This document shows positions 23,811 to 35,908 of a DNA stretch of 64,000 bases, piece by piece. The notes under the pieces are model-generated. The model searched no databases. It was not told the origin of the DNA and saw only the letters and a list, made by a program, of their open reading frames with translations. Source of the DNA: Eledone cirrhosa (taxonomy: Eukaryota); contig OZ024747.1 in assembly GCA_964016885.1 (NCBI GenBank), positions 45,322,001 to 45,386,000 on the forward strand, written 5' to 3'. The position numbers and the translations under genes were made by a program. Within the stretch, counting starts at the first letter, position 1. The number at the start of each line of letters is the position of its first letter.

Positions 23811-24957
23811 ATATTTTATAAGCTATAGCTTATTCGTATCTCAGTATCAAGTGATTAATGTCACTGATGATGGATAAAAATCCAGAAATATGTGTGACAT
23901 TCTCACATGGTTACTGAAATATCTGTGACATGATGACAAGTTAAAATATCCAGTAAGACACTTGTACATTTAGTATCCAGAAATTTATATACCATCATAA
24001 TCCCTTTTTAACATTTATTTTTTCCATGCTAACATGGGTTAGATGAGTTGTCTGAGAGTGAGACAAATCAGGTCAGATGACCATGTTTACTCATACAGAA
24101 CTGTTACTTGCTAGGTTTCTATGGTTGGATACCAATCACATTTAAAGTGTGGACAGGATGCTTTTTATCATGTCATTAAGACGACCACTTTGCAGAGTTG
24201 ACCACTATATAATTTGAACAGATTAAAAGTTTAAGCAAACAATTTCTGTTTTTCCCTTTATATGTATCACAGCATGAAGAGCACCCAGCTATAAAACACT
24301 GCCTCCAAACTCATCCAATATATGCTCATATTGCAAAACATGTAAAAATGATGATGATGATAATGACAATGATGATGATGATACAATACTGAAAATTCAA
24401 TTTTGTATGTAATTTCTTTCTTAAACAATTCTTCGTGCTAGTGAATGTAATAGTGCAGATGGTAGCCATTAAGGAACTTTAAACAAATCTTTATGTCTCC
24501 TAGGCAAATTTACAGTTATTCTGCATTATGTGGTTGCATACAAGTTAACAGGATTAGCATTGCTAATTTATACTAGTTGTTTATACCAATGACAATTTCT
24601 TTGAATAATATTTCCATATATGGCAGCAAAATATTTATACAAGCAGCATAAATATCAGGTGATGAACTGGCAGAGTCATTAGAGCATTGGATTAAAATGG
24701 GTTGGCATTTGTTCTAGCTCACTGCACTGTATTCAAACTCCACTGAGGTCAACTTTGCATTTCAGCCTTTCAAGTTTGATAAATTACTGGGGGTTGGTTC
24801 TTTCGCTGGAAGAAATCAGCAGCAATCCTACCTATAAAAGGTTTAAAATAAAGACACCTTATGTGTTAAGACAGCACCCCCAAGACTCCACCAAGAGTTA
24901 GGAGCCCTCTACTTCCCTTTACCAACATAAATATAGAGCACACATCATCATATGTAA

Positions 24958-25289
24958 ATCATCATCATCATCATTTTACGTCCGCTTTTCCCTGCTTGCA
25001 AAGGTGGGACGGGAACTGATTCTGGCTTGATTTCTACAGCTAGATACCCTTCCTAACACCAACCTCATTTACAGTGGGTGCTTTTTTTGCCATGGCACCT
25101 TCATGACCACTTTGCAGTGGAATGATAGGGACCCCAGTCCAATCATCTCATTTCTACAGCTGAGTAAACTGGAGCAATGTGAAATAAAGTGTCTTGCTCA
25201 AGGAAACAACACATCACCCGGTCTGAGAATTGAACTCACAACCTTTCGATTGCAAGCCTAATGCTCTAACCACTAAGCCATGTGCCTTC
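24958..25289 (-). mobile_element. tRNA-derived SINE family A, full length
   Basis: Reverse complement closely matches 22179-22508. Confidence 0.9.
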
Positions 25290-25344
25290 ATATATAAACA
25301 AATACATGCATGCATATGTGTGTGTGTTGGATCTCCTTTGGCCT

Positions 25345-25495
25345 AACAAGGAGTGTTCCAGTTGTTCAAACAGGTGGCTGAGCATTCTACAAACATGAAC
25401 CCTTAATGTAGTTCTCAGGGAGAATCAGCATAATGCAGTGAGTGACAAGGCTGGCCCTATGAATCATAGATACAGCTGAATTTTATCAGTTAAGT
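25345..25495 (-). mobile_element. SINE family B 3' fragment
   Basis: Matches 1640-1825 (GTGTTCCAGTTG..GTGGCTGAGC..CCCTTAA.GTAGTTCTCAGGGAGA). Confidence 0.65.
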
Positions 25496-25499
25496 GATC

Positions 25500-25660
25500 T
25501 GAAGGAAGACCTGGATGGAAGTGGTAAGAGCTGATTTCAGGTCACTGAAGCTCACAGAGGAGATGGCAAATGAATGTTACAAGTGGAGAGATACTGTACT
25601 GAGAAGGACCCATCCAATCGCTGTAAGCATGGAACAGCAGATGTATGATGATAATGATAT
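25500..25660 (+). mobile_element. RTE LINE extreme 3' fragment
   Basis: RKTWMEVVRADFRSLKLTEEMANECYKWRDTVLRRTHP followed by a (GAT)n-like tail. Confidence 0.7.
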
Positions 25661-28304
25661 ATATATATATATATCAAACATGATTATCATGATTATTATT
25701 GCTAAAAGTTGCATTTAAAAAATAAAAAATATCTATTATTCCTGTTTTTATACAATTCAAGGGCTTGGACAGTAAAACAATTGACCAGTCACAATTGTCA
25801 TATTATGTGGTTAATGATCATTGATCATTACTTTGGTATCTGATAATAATACATAAGCTAAGGCTTTTTAATGTTCATAGAATGTTTGAGTAACGCATGT
25901 TACACCTTTAGTCACAAACAATTTCATTAAATTTCATAATGACAGCTTAAAACAATTTATTGACTTTGAAACAATGAAGCTATATTTTGTGGTGTTGTGG
26001 AGAAACTAAAATTATCACACTCATCATTAACAATTTCAAAGTTTTCAATTACAGAGTACAGTTAATGGAGTTGCATATCAACAATTTATATACCAATATT
26101 ACAATAATGTAATGTTGGCTTTCCTTTTTTAATAGAAAAATTCATTCAGATTAATCTGTGGGAGATAGTTATCTAAGGTGCTTCAGCAGAAATATTTATG
26201 ATTTCTTAAATACATAATTGTTTCTACTTTTGACACAAGGCCAGCAATTACCCAGTGCATTACTGGTACTTTATTTATTTCTTAAATACATAATACATGG
26301 AAATCTATAGTGCATCATGTTTATGTTGATAACATTTTAAAATTTCAGCATCGTTTTAGAGTAAAGGGATACTTTTAATCATTATTTGAGTTAATTCAAC
26401 AAATAATTTTAAATATGAAATTAATTAAAGCTCATGTAATAGAAGTTCAATTTTGTGATGATTTTCAACAATCTTAAGAAAATATAAATGTTATATATAT
26501 ATATATATATACCATTTATGTTAGGCTGTTTACCAATGAATAGAACTGGTGGTTCAGGTTGGTAAATGATGCTGCAATAAATTAATTAAAGTGCTCAACA
26601 TAATGCAAATCATCCATTGTAGATGTGGTATCCCATGGCTGTTGCAGGAATGGAGTTAAATATTCATTAAAACAACAACAGAAGGCCAGACTCGAAAATT
26701 TACTGTAGCATTTTAATTCTGTGAAAGCACTATATGGTTTCAATGACTCAGCTCTATCATCAGATCATGATGCAAGAAAGTCTACCAGACGATTTCACCA
26801 AGTCTTATTTGCAGAATTATATAACACGATTACTTGAAATGAAACAGAGAATAGAAAAAAAAAATTAACAATAGAGGACCGATTTGATTTGGGGATAGCT
26901 TGCCAATTTGGTGTTATAGCAATGGCAGACAGTCCCGAATGTCATATTATCAATTAATACCAGCATTGTGGGTTGGTAGGCATGGTGGAGGAGGAGGTGG
27001 GGTTTGCTAAGTGGCGACACCGCCATCCATAGAACATGCCATTCATTAATTACAACCAAGGATTCTCTGCTACAGAGATCACAAGGTACTAAACTATTGG
27101 ACATTGGCCTAAAAACCAGTCTAGTGTGTCAGTAGTTAGTTAAAAGATTAAATTGCTACAGAGTGGAACAGACCTATGTAAATTGTAAAAAATGATAAAA
27201 AGGAAAGAAGTAACCAGAATAGAGGAATTAAGAGTTATAAATAGATATAAAAAGATATTAAAAATTATAAAGGTTCTAAGGTTGCAGGAATAATGAAAAT
27301 TATAAGATTAACATTTTTTTTTAAATTTATAGATTTACAAAAACTATAAACATTATGTGTTAAATTTACATTAAATTAATTAATAAAGTACAATAGGAAG
27401 AATATAACAAAGACAATTTAAAAAAAATTCTAATGGCCAAGATTCACCAATGTACATTCAACAAATGTACATTCAAATATCTGTAGTACCTTTATTAGTG
27501 GGCAGATCATTATGAAAAATCAAAATATAGACTTTATTTTTAATGTGACACAGTCATAATTGCTGTTTTGTACTTTGTAAGAATGTTTTGCTAATGTGGT
27601 TTCATGCAGTATAGGACGTTAAGAGTTAAATAGGGTGGAACTGGGTCTAAACAACAGGACTGACTGAACATAGAGAGCACACTTACTGCACTTATTCCAA
27701 ATCTAGTATATTCCATAATGTGTTTATAATACAACAATTACTTTAAAAGTAAGACAAAAGCACATAAAATGATGTCAATATGATTTATGATTATATTATA
27801 TTTTGTTAAGCATTTAGATGGTTAGTGTATGTCATACAATTCAAAGAAAAAAATTGCCTTTAATGTTGAGGGGGTCTTAAAGGAGATATGCTTCAAAACA
27901 ACCAAAGAACGTTTAGTGCATATCACTGTCTACTACAATAAATCAAATGTAAACATTAATATTTTAAAATGTTAACCAGCCTATCAAATTTATTAGTGTC
28001 TATTTTTTTAGACATGAGGACAATAGTGGTATTAGCTCATCAATTTAGTGAAAGTTTGTAAATGGAAGTTACTGCCACTGCGTTTATTTGAAGCATTTCA
28101 TTTCAAAAAGATTAAATGATTGACTGTATGTAGAGATCAATAGCTGATCAAAGAGAATATTGTATCAATTACGGGCCTTTTTGAAATTCATAATTTCACA
28201 CACTCTATTATAAATGGAGTGAAAGTTTTTAAATTAATAATAGTATATAATTTAGTAAAGAACACTGAAATAGTGTTATCTCAGTGTATGTATTTATACA
28301 TACA

Positions 28305-28324
28305 TATATGTGTGAGTGTGTGCA

Positions 28325-28370
<46 letters not shown>

Positions 28371-28485
28371 TATATATATACATACACATATATATATATA
28401 TATATATATACATACATACATACATACATACATACATACATACATACATACATACATACATACATACATACTCATACATACATAC
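28305..28485. repeat. Compound (TA)n/(CA)n/(CATA)n microsatellite
   Basis: Visible directly. Confidence 0.95.
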
Positions 28486-29417
28486 CTAGGAACTGGCATG
28501 GTTGTGTGGTTAAAAAGTAAAATTCATAACCATATGCCATATGAACATTTTTAAGTTCTTTCCCACTACTTGGTATGTTGGGCAAGTATCTTCTACTACA
28601 GACTTAGGCTGATCAATACTATGTAAAAATATTTGGTAAATGGAAATTGTACACAACCTATTTTATCATCGTCATCATCGTAGGGGTGCCATATTGATAA
28701 ATGATATTTCTCGGGCATTTTAAAACCTGGTGGAGCCCATCTCCTCTCCAGGCTTGAATACAGTAGATTTCTTCCAGAGAAGGATAGAGAGAGTGAGAGA
28801 AAGGAAGGGAGAAAGAGATATGTAGGAAGAGTGCCCCCCAGTACTTGACTGGTACATTTTTATCGACCATGGATGGATAAAAGGCAAACCTGATGTTCTA
28901 ACTCTGCCAATTCACTGCCTATACAAATAGAAATCAGGATGGATTACTCAACAAAGTACTCTATACTTGAGCTAGTAGAGTATGGCTATTTCATAAAGAG
29001 TTTGTACCCCAATGAATGAGCTCTTGCTATTTCAACACCTAGTTCCAAACTGATTGCCAAAGGCCTTGGTGGTTAACTGGCTGTATCATTAGGGAGTGTG
29101 GTTTGTCCAAATAAGGGCATATATTGTGTATCCAATTGTAAAATCTCTTCACATAAGTGTTTTATTTTCATTGTTAATGAGTGGTTCTGTGTGTAGATAC
29201 TAGGGACCTTTCTTACATCAGGTGTGATTGTCAAACAGACCAATTAGAAAATTCCCACCATAGGGGAGAAGGTTAAAAATGACTTAAAATTCTACACCAA
29301 AATTAACAAGCACTAACATTAATAATGACACAGTAAAGCTTTGAATTATTAAAGAACACCAACCACTAAGTGAAGTCATTCTTCACTTTTTTCAAATATA
29401 TGTGTGTGTATGAGTAT

Positions 29418-29492
<75 letters not shown>

Positions 29493-29501
<9 letters not shown>

Positions 29502-30205
29502 ATCTTGTCTCACTCGCTTTACGCGTTTTAATTGTCCTAATAACTTAATCTAGTTATTATTGCACCGACGTGAGGTATATGATTTTTAATGCAATGAAAT
29601 ATCTATGATCGTCGGCAAATCACTGATAAGGGACTTATTTTATTACATGTTATCCATGTGCAACCTGCAGTATTCTTCTCCCCATTTTTTCACATATATT
29701 TACCTAAACTGCGATTCTGTTTTTTCTCTCTCTCTCTCTTACTGCTCCCTCGTTCTCTCTGTTTCTCCTACTTTCTTTCGCCCCCTCTGTCACGTCAGTT
29801 AACTCTTCCTCACACTTCCACTCACTCACTCACTGTTTCTCCTCTTCTCACTTCACCCCGTTCACGACGAAAACATTTTCTCTCTTTCTCACATTTGGAT
29901 TCGTTCCCGAAAGGTCTTTTTTCTAAGCGCTCATATATTCACCTAGCTTATGCTAACAGAATAACTATGTAGCTTGTTCCCTTCCTTCTACGGTTAGCTC
30001 TCCTCTTTGTTGTTATCTTGTCTCACTCGCTTTACGCGTTTTAATTGTCCTAATAACTTAATTTAGTTATTATTGCACCGACGTGAGGTATATGATTTTT
30101 AATGCAATGAAATATCTATGATCGTCGGCAAATCACTGATGAGGGACTTATTTTATTACATGTTATCCATGTGCAACCTGCAGTATTCTTCTCCCCATTT
30201 TTTCA
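29493..30205 (+). mobile_element. Non-coding element with 200-bp terminal direct repeats (period 513 bp), PLE/retrozyme-like
   Basis: 29493-29692 equals 30006-30205 except for 2 substitutions seen by eye. CT-rich spacer; CTGATGA at 30136-30142 (CTGATAA in copy 1). Flanked by (TA)n. Confidence 0.8.
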
Positions 30206-30227
30206 TATATATATATATATATATATA

Positions 30228-30715
30228 TCATCATTACCATTTTACATCCATTGTCCATGCTTGCATGAGTTAGAGTTGTCAGCCAGGACATGAGACAAGT
30301 CTGGCCAGATTCGCCATGCTGTACCTTGCTCAGATGAAATTGTGAAATTTGGCTGGGAATTTTTACAGCTGGATGAACTTCCTAACATCAACCACATTTA
30401 CAGAATGGAACTGGATGTCACTGTTATGAGGAGGAAAGAACAGGCCAGATGGCCGTGTCATACGCTGCTAGCAGCAGAGCCCACAATTACAGTGTGGAAC
30501 TGGATGGCAATGGTATGAAGGAGGACAGGCCATGCCAAACACTTCTCACAGTGGCACCATAGTTCGGGAGCTGCAACCACATTTACATTGTAGAACTTGA
30601 TGGCACTGTTATGAGAAGGGACAGGCCAGTTGGCTGCACCATACCCTGCTCATAGTGGAACCATAGTTTGGGAGTTGCAAGCACATTTCCAGTATGGAAT
30701 TGCATGGCACCGTTA
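30228..30715 (-). mobile_element. RTE-tail/SINE-related element with a ~90-100-bp internal minisatellite (about 3.5 units)
   Basis: Left end resembles the RTE-type tail. TGGAACTGGATGGCACTGTTATG..GACAGGCCA recurs at ~30406, 30495, 30590 and 30695. Confidence 0.6.
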
Positions 30716-30734
30716 TATATATATATAGGCTTTG

Positions 30735-30855
30735 ACGGATGTATGATAGTAGTATACATGAATAGCAAAGCATAAATGAACTAAGAGAGAAACTGGACAT
30801 AAGAGGGATCGAATGTCATGGGCAGGATAAGCGATTGCACTGGTATGGACATAAG
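30735..30855 (+). mobile_element. RTE LINE small fragment
   Basis: WMYDSSIHE*QSINELREKLDIRGIECHGQDKRLHWYGH, homologous to the C-terminal part of ORF 55060-55788. Confidence 0.6.
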
Positions 30856-31596
30856 AAGAAAAGACAGCAGAGATTGAATAGAGAGGAAAATATTTGCTTT
30901 TCTTCAAATACATCAGACCACTACCAGTTCATGAGGTCAAATAATGGAGTTAGCAAAGGAATACATGTACATACACTCATAAGCATATAACTACACATAC
31001 ACACACAAATGTATATATATGCATCAAGCACGAACATTGATAACATTGATAATATGTGCATAAATATACACAACATACACCAGCTCCCCCTGATTTTGCC
31101 AACTGGAGTTGCTAAAGTAAAGAAATTTTGATAAATTGACACTAAGCTATACGAATTACATTTTCAAAACATACTCTCTAAGAAAGAAAATTATGTTTCT
31201 GACCAAGTCCCTGTTCTCAATACGTAGCAGGTCTGTTTCAAGATAAGGCACTGTTCTGAGAGGAGGCCCTCTTTGGTGATGAGGGACTGGGCATTTGACC
31301 CCACCATACAATACTACACCCGGCCTTGTACACTCACCTATACATATACATAATTATATATATATATACAATATATTAATAAATGGAAATTAGATTTATA
31401 AAACAATATTTATTTTATTATATATATTTCAAGGGCAACCAAGGCAAATTATGGTGCGCTTTCATCAGATAAAATACAGATTTGTTTTATAAATAAACAT
31501 TGACATACCTGGAAAAAAGACAACCTTAACGGTTGGAGCTTCCTGGACTATTCATATATATACACACCCTTGCAAGCAGGGAAAAGTGGACGTAAA

Positions 31597-31628
<32 letters not shown>

Positions 31629-31649
31629 ATTGACACTTTAATGTATAGA

Positions 31650-32897
31650 GATGTCCGTGATTGTCCTTGCACCAACGAGGCATCAGAAGATCATTCTGGA
31701 TCTAGTGTTTAGTAAACCCTTCTCTCAGACCATGACATGGTTCTTTGTAACCTGAGATTCCACCAGCCAAAAGCTAATCCCAGGGTCCTCTTTCCAGCCC
31801 ACCCATTTGATAACATGGATCTCTATAATGCCAACTGGGATGCAATTATGAACGAACTATCACATGTCGACTGGTCTTTTACACACGCACACACTTCCAC
31901 CAACATCAAAACATCTTGGCAGATCTTTGTAGACACAAATATATATACAAAATACACCCCACCAAAGCCTGTGAACAAAACTAAGTGGAGTATCCCCCAA
32001 AACAGAAAAACAATTATCAGAAAAATAAAAAGAACAAACAAAAAAATTGACACACTAAAATACTGCCAACGGCAACACACATTCGATGGCTATCACCCTG
32101 CTTGAGTCAAAAAAATATAACCTCCAGCAATGCATGATGACCATCATCAATAACCAGAGAATAGCTGAAGAGACGTGGGCCATTGGGAAAATCAAACTCA
32201 ACCCCAAAGTGTTCTTTTCATTTGCTAAAAACACAAGGTCACCGTCTCCACTGTTGGCCCCCTAGTTGATGAAGATGGCACACTCCAAGACAATGCCAAA
32301 ACCAAGGGCGAGATACTGCAGAAACAATACTGCTCTGTTTTCAGCAATCCTGATATGGTCGATCTGGGCCGTATCAGTGATGTTAATCCCCAACACACTA
32401 TATCGGACATAACGTTTGGCGCCCCTGATGTCTTAGCGGCAATAAACGAAATTAAACACAATTCAGAAGTAGGCCCCGACAGGTTCCCTGCTTGTGTCCT
32501 GAAGGTGTGTCGACACCAACTTGCATCTCCTCTTGCTAATCTTTGGAGGAACTCACTGGATACTGGCTATATTCTTGAAAACTTTCTGTCCCAGTCCGTT
32601 GTCCCAGTCTTCAAAAAGGAGAATAAGTCCCTTGCAGTGAACTACCGTCCGATCTCACTCGCCTCTCATATTATCAAGGTATTTGAGAGGGTTGTGAGAT
32701 CACGAATAACCCACTTTCCTGAAAGCAACGGCCTGCTGGACTCCAACCAACGTGGGTTCCGAAATGGAAGGGACTGCCTAACGCAGCTCCTGCATCACTT
32801 TGACGATGTTTTGGAAGCCTTGGGAGAGGGCTTCAACACTGATGTCATCTACCTTGATTTCAGAAAGGCCTTTGACAGGGTTGATCATAAGATTCTA
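31650..32897 (+). mobile_element. CR1-like LINE fragment (end of APE to RT subdomain 3)
   Basis: ILDLVF..SDHDMV (APE end); ORF 32355-32942 has GPDRFPACVLK, VVPVFKK..NYRPISLASHIIKVFE, QRGFRNGRDCLTQL and IYLDFRKAFDRVDH. Stops abruptly at a TA microsatellite. Confidence 0.9.
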
Positions 32898-32979
32898 CAT
32901 ATCTATATACAAACATACATATATATATACATATATATATAAACATACATATATATATACATATATATATATATATACA

Positions 32980-33518
32980 TAACTTTGATAGGTTTCGGCC
33001 AGTATTGGCCCAGGCCATGTCTACCTTAATAGCACCACCTGCCGAAGTATTACAAATCAGTGTTTGGGCACCATGGCCCACTCGAGCAGAGAGTTATTGT
33101 TTACGGAGGCATATCTGGGTGTGGGAGGCTTATCTGGGATTTCTTGAAGGAATTTATCCAAAGACTTCTTGAACTTGATGGGATCTGTCTCTGCTTTGAT
33201 GTGTTTTGGTGTAATGTTAAAGAGTGCAGGGCCAATTGAGGTGAAATAAATGTGCTGTATTGTTGTTATGAGATGCGAGTGAGATTTTTATCGTGGGCGG
33301 ATAGCAAGGGGCCCAAGACTTGAGTGTACATTAAAGGTGATGCCAACATCATTTGGGCTAAGCTGAAGGAATATTTTCCACAATGTGCAGATAATGTAGT
33401 GCTCATGGCGACGTTGGAGAGAATAGAGGTTGAGCTTTTCTAATCGATTCCAATAGTCAAGGCCTGTCATGCCATCTATCTTTTTTGTAATTGACCTTTG
33501 GGGTGCTTCAACTTTCAT
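32980..33518 (-). mobile_element. CR1-like LINE 3' end, opposite orientation
   Basis: ORF 33288-33518 [36 protein letters not shown] is a CR1-type C-terminus, followed by GPALFNI..FKKSLDKFLQEIPD and a 3' end near 32980. Confidence 0.85.
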
Positions 33519-33524
33519 GATACT

Positions 33525-33575
33525 TTATATGTATATATATATGTATGTATGTTTATATATATATATATATATATG

Positions 33576-33622
<47 letters not shown>

Positions 33623-33659
33623 ATATATATATATGTATGTATATATATATATATGTATG

Positions 33660-33690
<31 letters not shown>

Positions 33691-33721
33691 GTATGTATAT
33701 ATATATATATATATATGTATG

Positions 33722-33754
<33 letters not shown>

Positions 33755-33851
33755 ATATATATATATGTATGTATATATATATATGTATGTATATATATAT
33801 ATATGTATGTATATATATATATGTATGTATATATATATATATATATGTATG

Positions 33852-33900
<49 letters not shown>

Positions 33901-33921
33901 GTATATATATATGTATGTATG

Positions 33922-33959
<38 letters not shown>

Positions 33960-33979
33960 TATGTATGTATATATATATG

Positions 33980-34034
<55 letters not shown>

Positions 34035-34035
34035 A
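33525..34035. repeat. (TA)n/(TATG)n microsatellite array
   Basis: Visible directly. Confidence 0.95.
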
Positions 34036-34086
34036 TAAAATAAAGTTAAATAAAAGTCAAATGATTAAGATTTAGCTTCGTTTATT

Positions 34087-34141
34087 ACTGCTATATATAT
34101 TTCAGTGACAGCCATCTTTGGTTGTGACCTCTTCAGGCAGT
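34087..34141 (-). ncRNA. Type-I minimal hammerhead ribozyme (left arm)
   Basis: Reverse complement of 34215-34269 with one stem-II substitution. Confidence 0.75.
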
Positions 34142-34214
34142 TTGAATTAGTATGGTATAGACAAGTACATATGTTGTTTAGGTGTATGATATTGTCTAAA
34201 CCATACTAATTCAA

Positions 34215-34269
34215 ACTGCCTGAAGAGGTCACAGCCAAAGATGGCTGTCACTGAAATATATATAGCAGT
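34215..34269 (+). ncRNA. Type-I minimal hammerhead ribozyme
   Basis: ACTGC-CTGAAGA-g-GTCACAGCCA aaga TGGCTGTCAC-t-GAAA-TATATA-TA-GCAGT: 5-bp stem I, CUGANGA/GAAA core, ~9-bp stem II, palindromic stem III and an AUA triplet, as in PLE-associated minimal hammerheads. Confidence 0.85.
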
Positions 34270-34417
34270 AATAAACGAAGCTAAATCTTAATCATTTGAC
34301 TTTTATTTAACTTTATTTTACACTACTCCGGAGTAACCAAACCAACCTGCGCACTTCGTCGAGTGCTCCAGCCTGCATACTGAGGTGTTGGTATACAACC
34401 AACATAAACTCTAAATC

Positions 34418-34449
34418 TATGTATGTATATATATATATATATATGTATG

Positions 34450-34484
<35 letters not shown>

Positions 34485-34661
34485 GTATGTATATATATAT
34501 ATGTATGTATATATATATATGTATGTATATATATATATATGTATGTATGTATGTATATATATATGTATGTATGTATATATATATGTATGTATGTATGTAT
34601 ATATATATATATATGTATGTATATATATATATATATGTATGTATATATATATATATGTATG

Positions 34662-34723
<62 letters not shown>
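34418..34723. repeat. (TA)n/(TATG)n microsatellite array
   Basis: Visible directly. Confidence 0.95.
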
Positions 34724-34726
<3 letters not shown>

Positions 34727-34802
34727 CGAAGGAAATGTGGTAAGGAACCAGGTGGACCATAACGCACCAAAGTACTCAATACTTGAGGTAGTAGAGTGGG
34801 TA

Positions 34803-34886
34803 ATAGGAACCAGTAAGACCCCGACAGCTGAGCTCAAGCCGTCGAAACGGCTTGAGCTCAGCTGTCGGGGTCTTACTGGTTCCTAT
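34803..34886. repeat. Perfect 40-bp-arm palindrome with a 4-nt loop (CGAA)
   Basis: ATAGGAACCAGTAAGACCCCGACAGCTGAGCTCAAGCCGT cgaa ACGGCTTGAGCTCAGCTGTCGGGGTCTTACTGGTTCCTAT. Confidence 0.97.
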
Positions 34887-34904
34887 ATATATATATATAT
34901 TTAT

Positions 34905-35511
34905 GTCAGGTCACCAGTTGGTGCTACTGGTAACATGTATCCCAGTACAACCTGTCTCATGGTCGGGTCGTTGGCGACTAAACTGGCAACCCCACCAAGG
35001 TTTCTTGATGAGGAGGGTGACTTTGGACATCCTGCAGGACTAAAAACAAAACCTGTCAAAGGGCAAAGGAGCTCTTAAGAGTTAATGGCCATCCAAAATC
35101 ACCGGGAGAGATGACCCCTTAGCCTTTGTCAAGGCAGAATTCTAGGAGAAGGAAAACTTTGATATAACACCTGCAACTCTGATGGTATCCAATGATGTTG
35201 ACTTGTTCTTCTTTTTGGTAAATATCATCTTGGTTAAGAGAGTGGGACTGGCTTTGTGCAGTGCCCTTGCTCACTATAAAAGCTTCACGGCACAGGCATT
35301 TTTTTATATCTGGAGATCTCTCTGCACTTGTCATCACATGGTATCATGGGCCCAGCACTATGTGTCAATATTTGTCACAAGTGTAGTGTTTGTACCAGAG
35401 TTTTCAAGTCGCTGTCTGGACTCAAAAGTCACACTCGTTCAGCGCATCGGCAGGAGTTCTCCTACATGGATATAAAGTAGTGGCCATACTCGAAAACGAG
35501 TTGGCAGCCAC
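34905..35511 (+). mobile_element. Internally deleted (bipartite) RTE element: 5' UTR joined to 3' end with C2H2 zinc finger
   Basis: RTE-type 5' UTR motif CTAGGAGAAGGAAAACT at ~35142. 35346-35480 encodes ..[24 protein letters not shown]. Terminal hairpin CTCG-AAAA-CGAG then GGCAGCCA. Confidence 0.65.

Positions 35512-35904
<393 letters not shown>

Positions 35905-35908
<4 letters not shown>

Larger units (their letters stand above)
34036..34320. repeat. 129-bp inverted repeat (fold-back) of a PLE-like pLTR, one hammerhead per arm
   Basis: 34036-34164 is the reverse complement of 34192-34320 with 2 mismatches; 27-nt loop. Confidence 0.95.

Noticed and set aside
30400-30715. CRISPR-like repeat/spacer pattern
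   Set aside because: The 'spacers' are homologous to each other, the repeats are degenerate, the context is eukaryotic and no cas genes are present.
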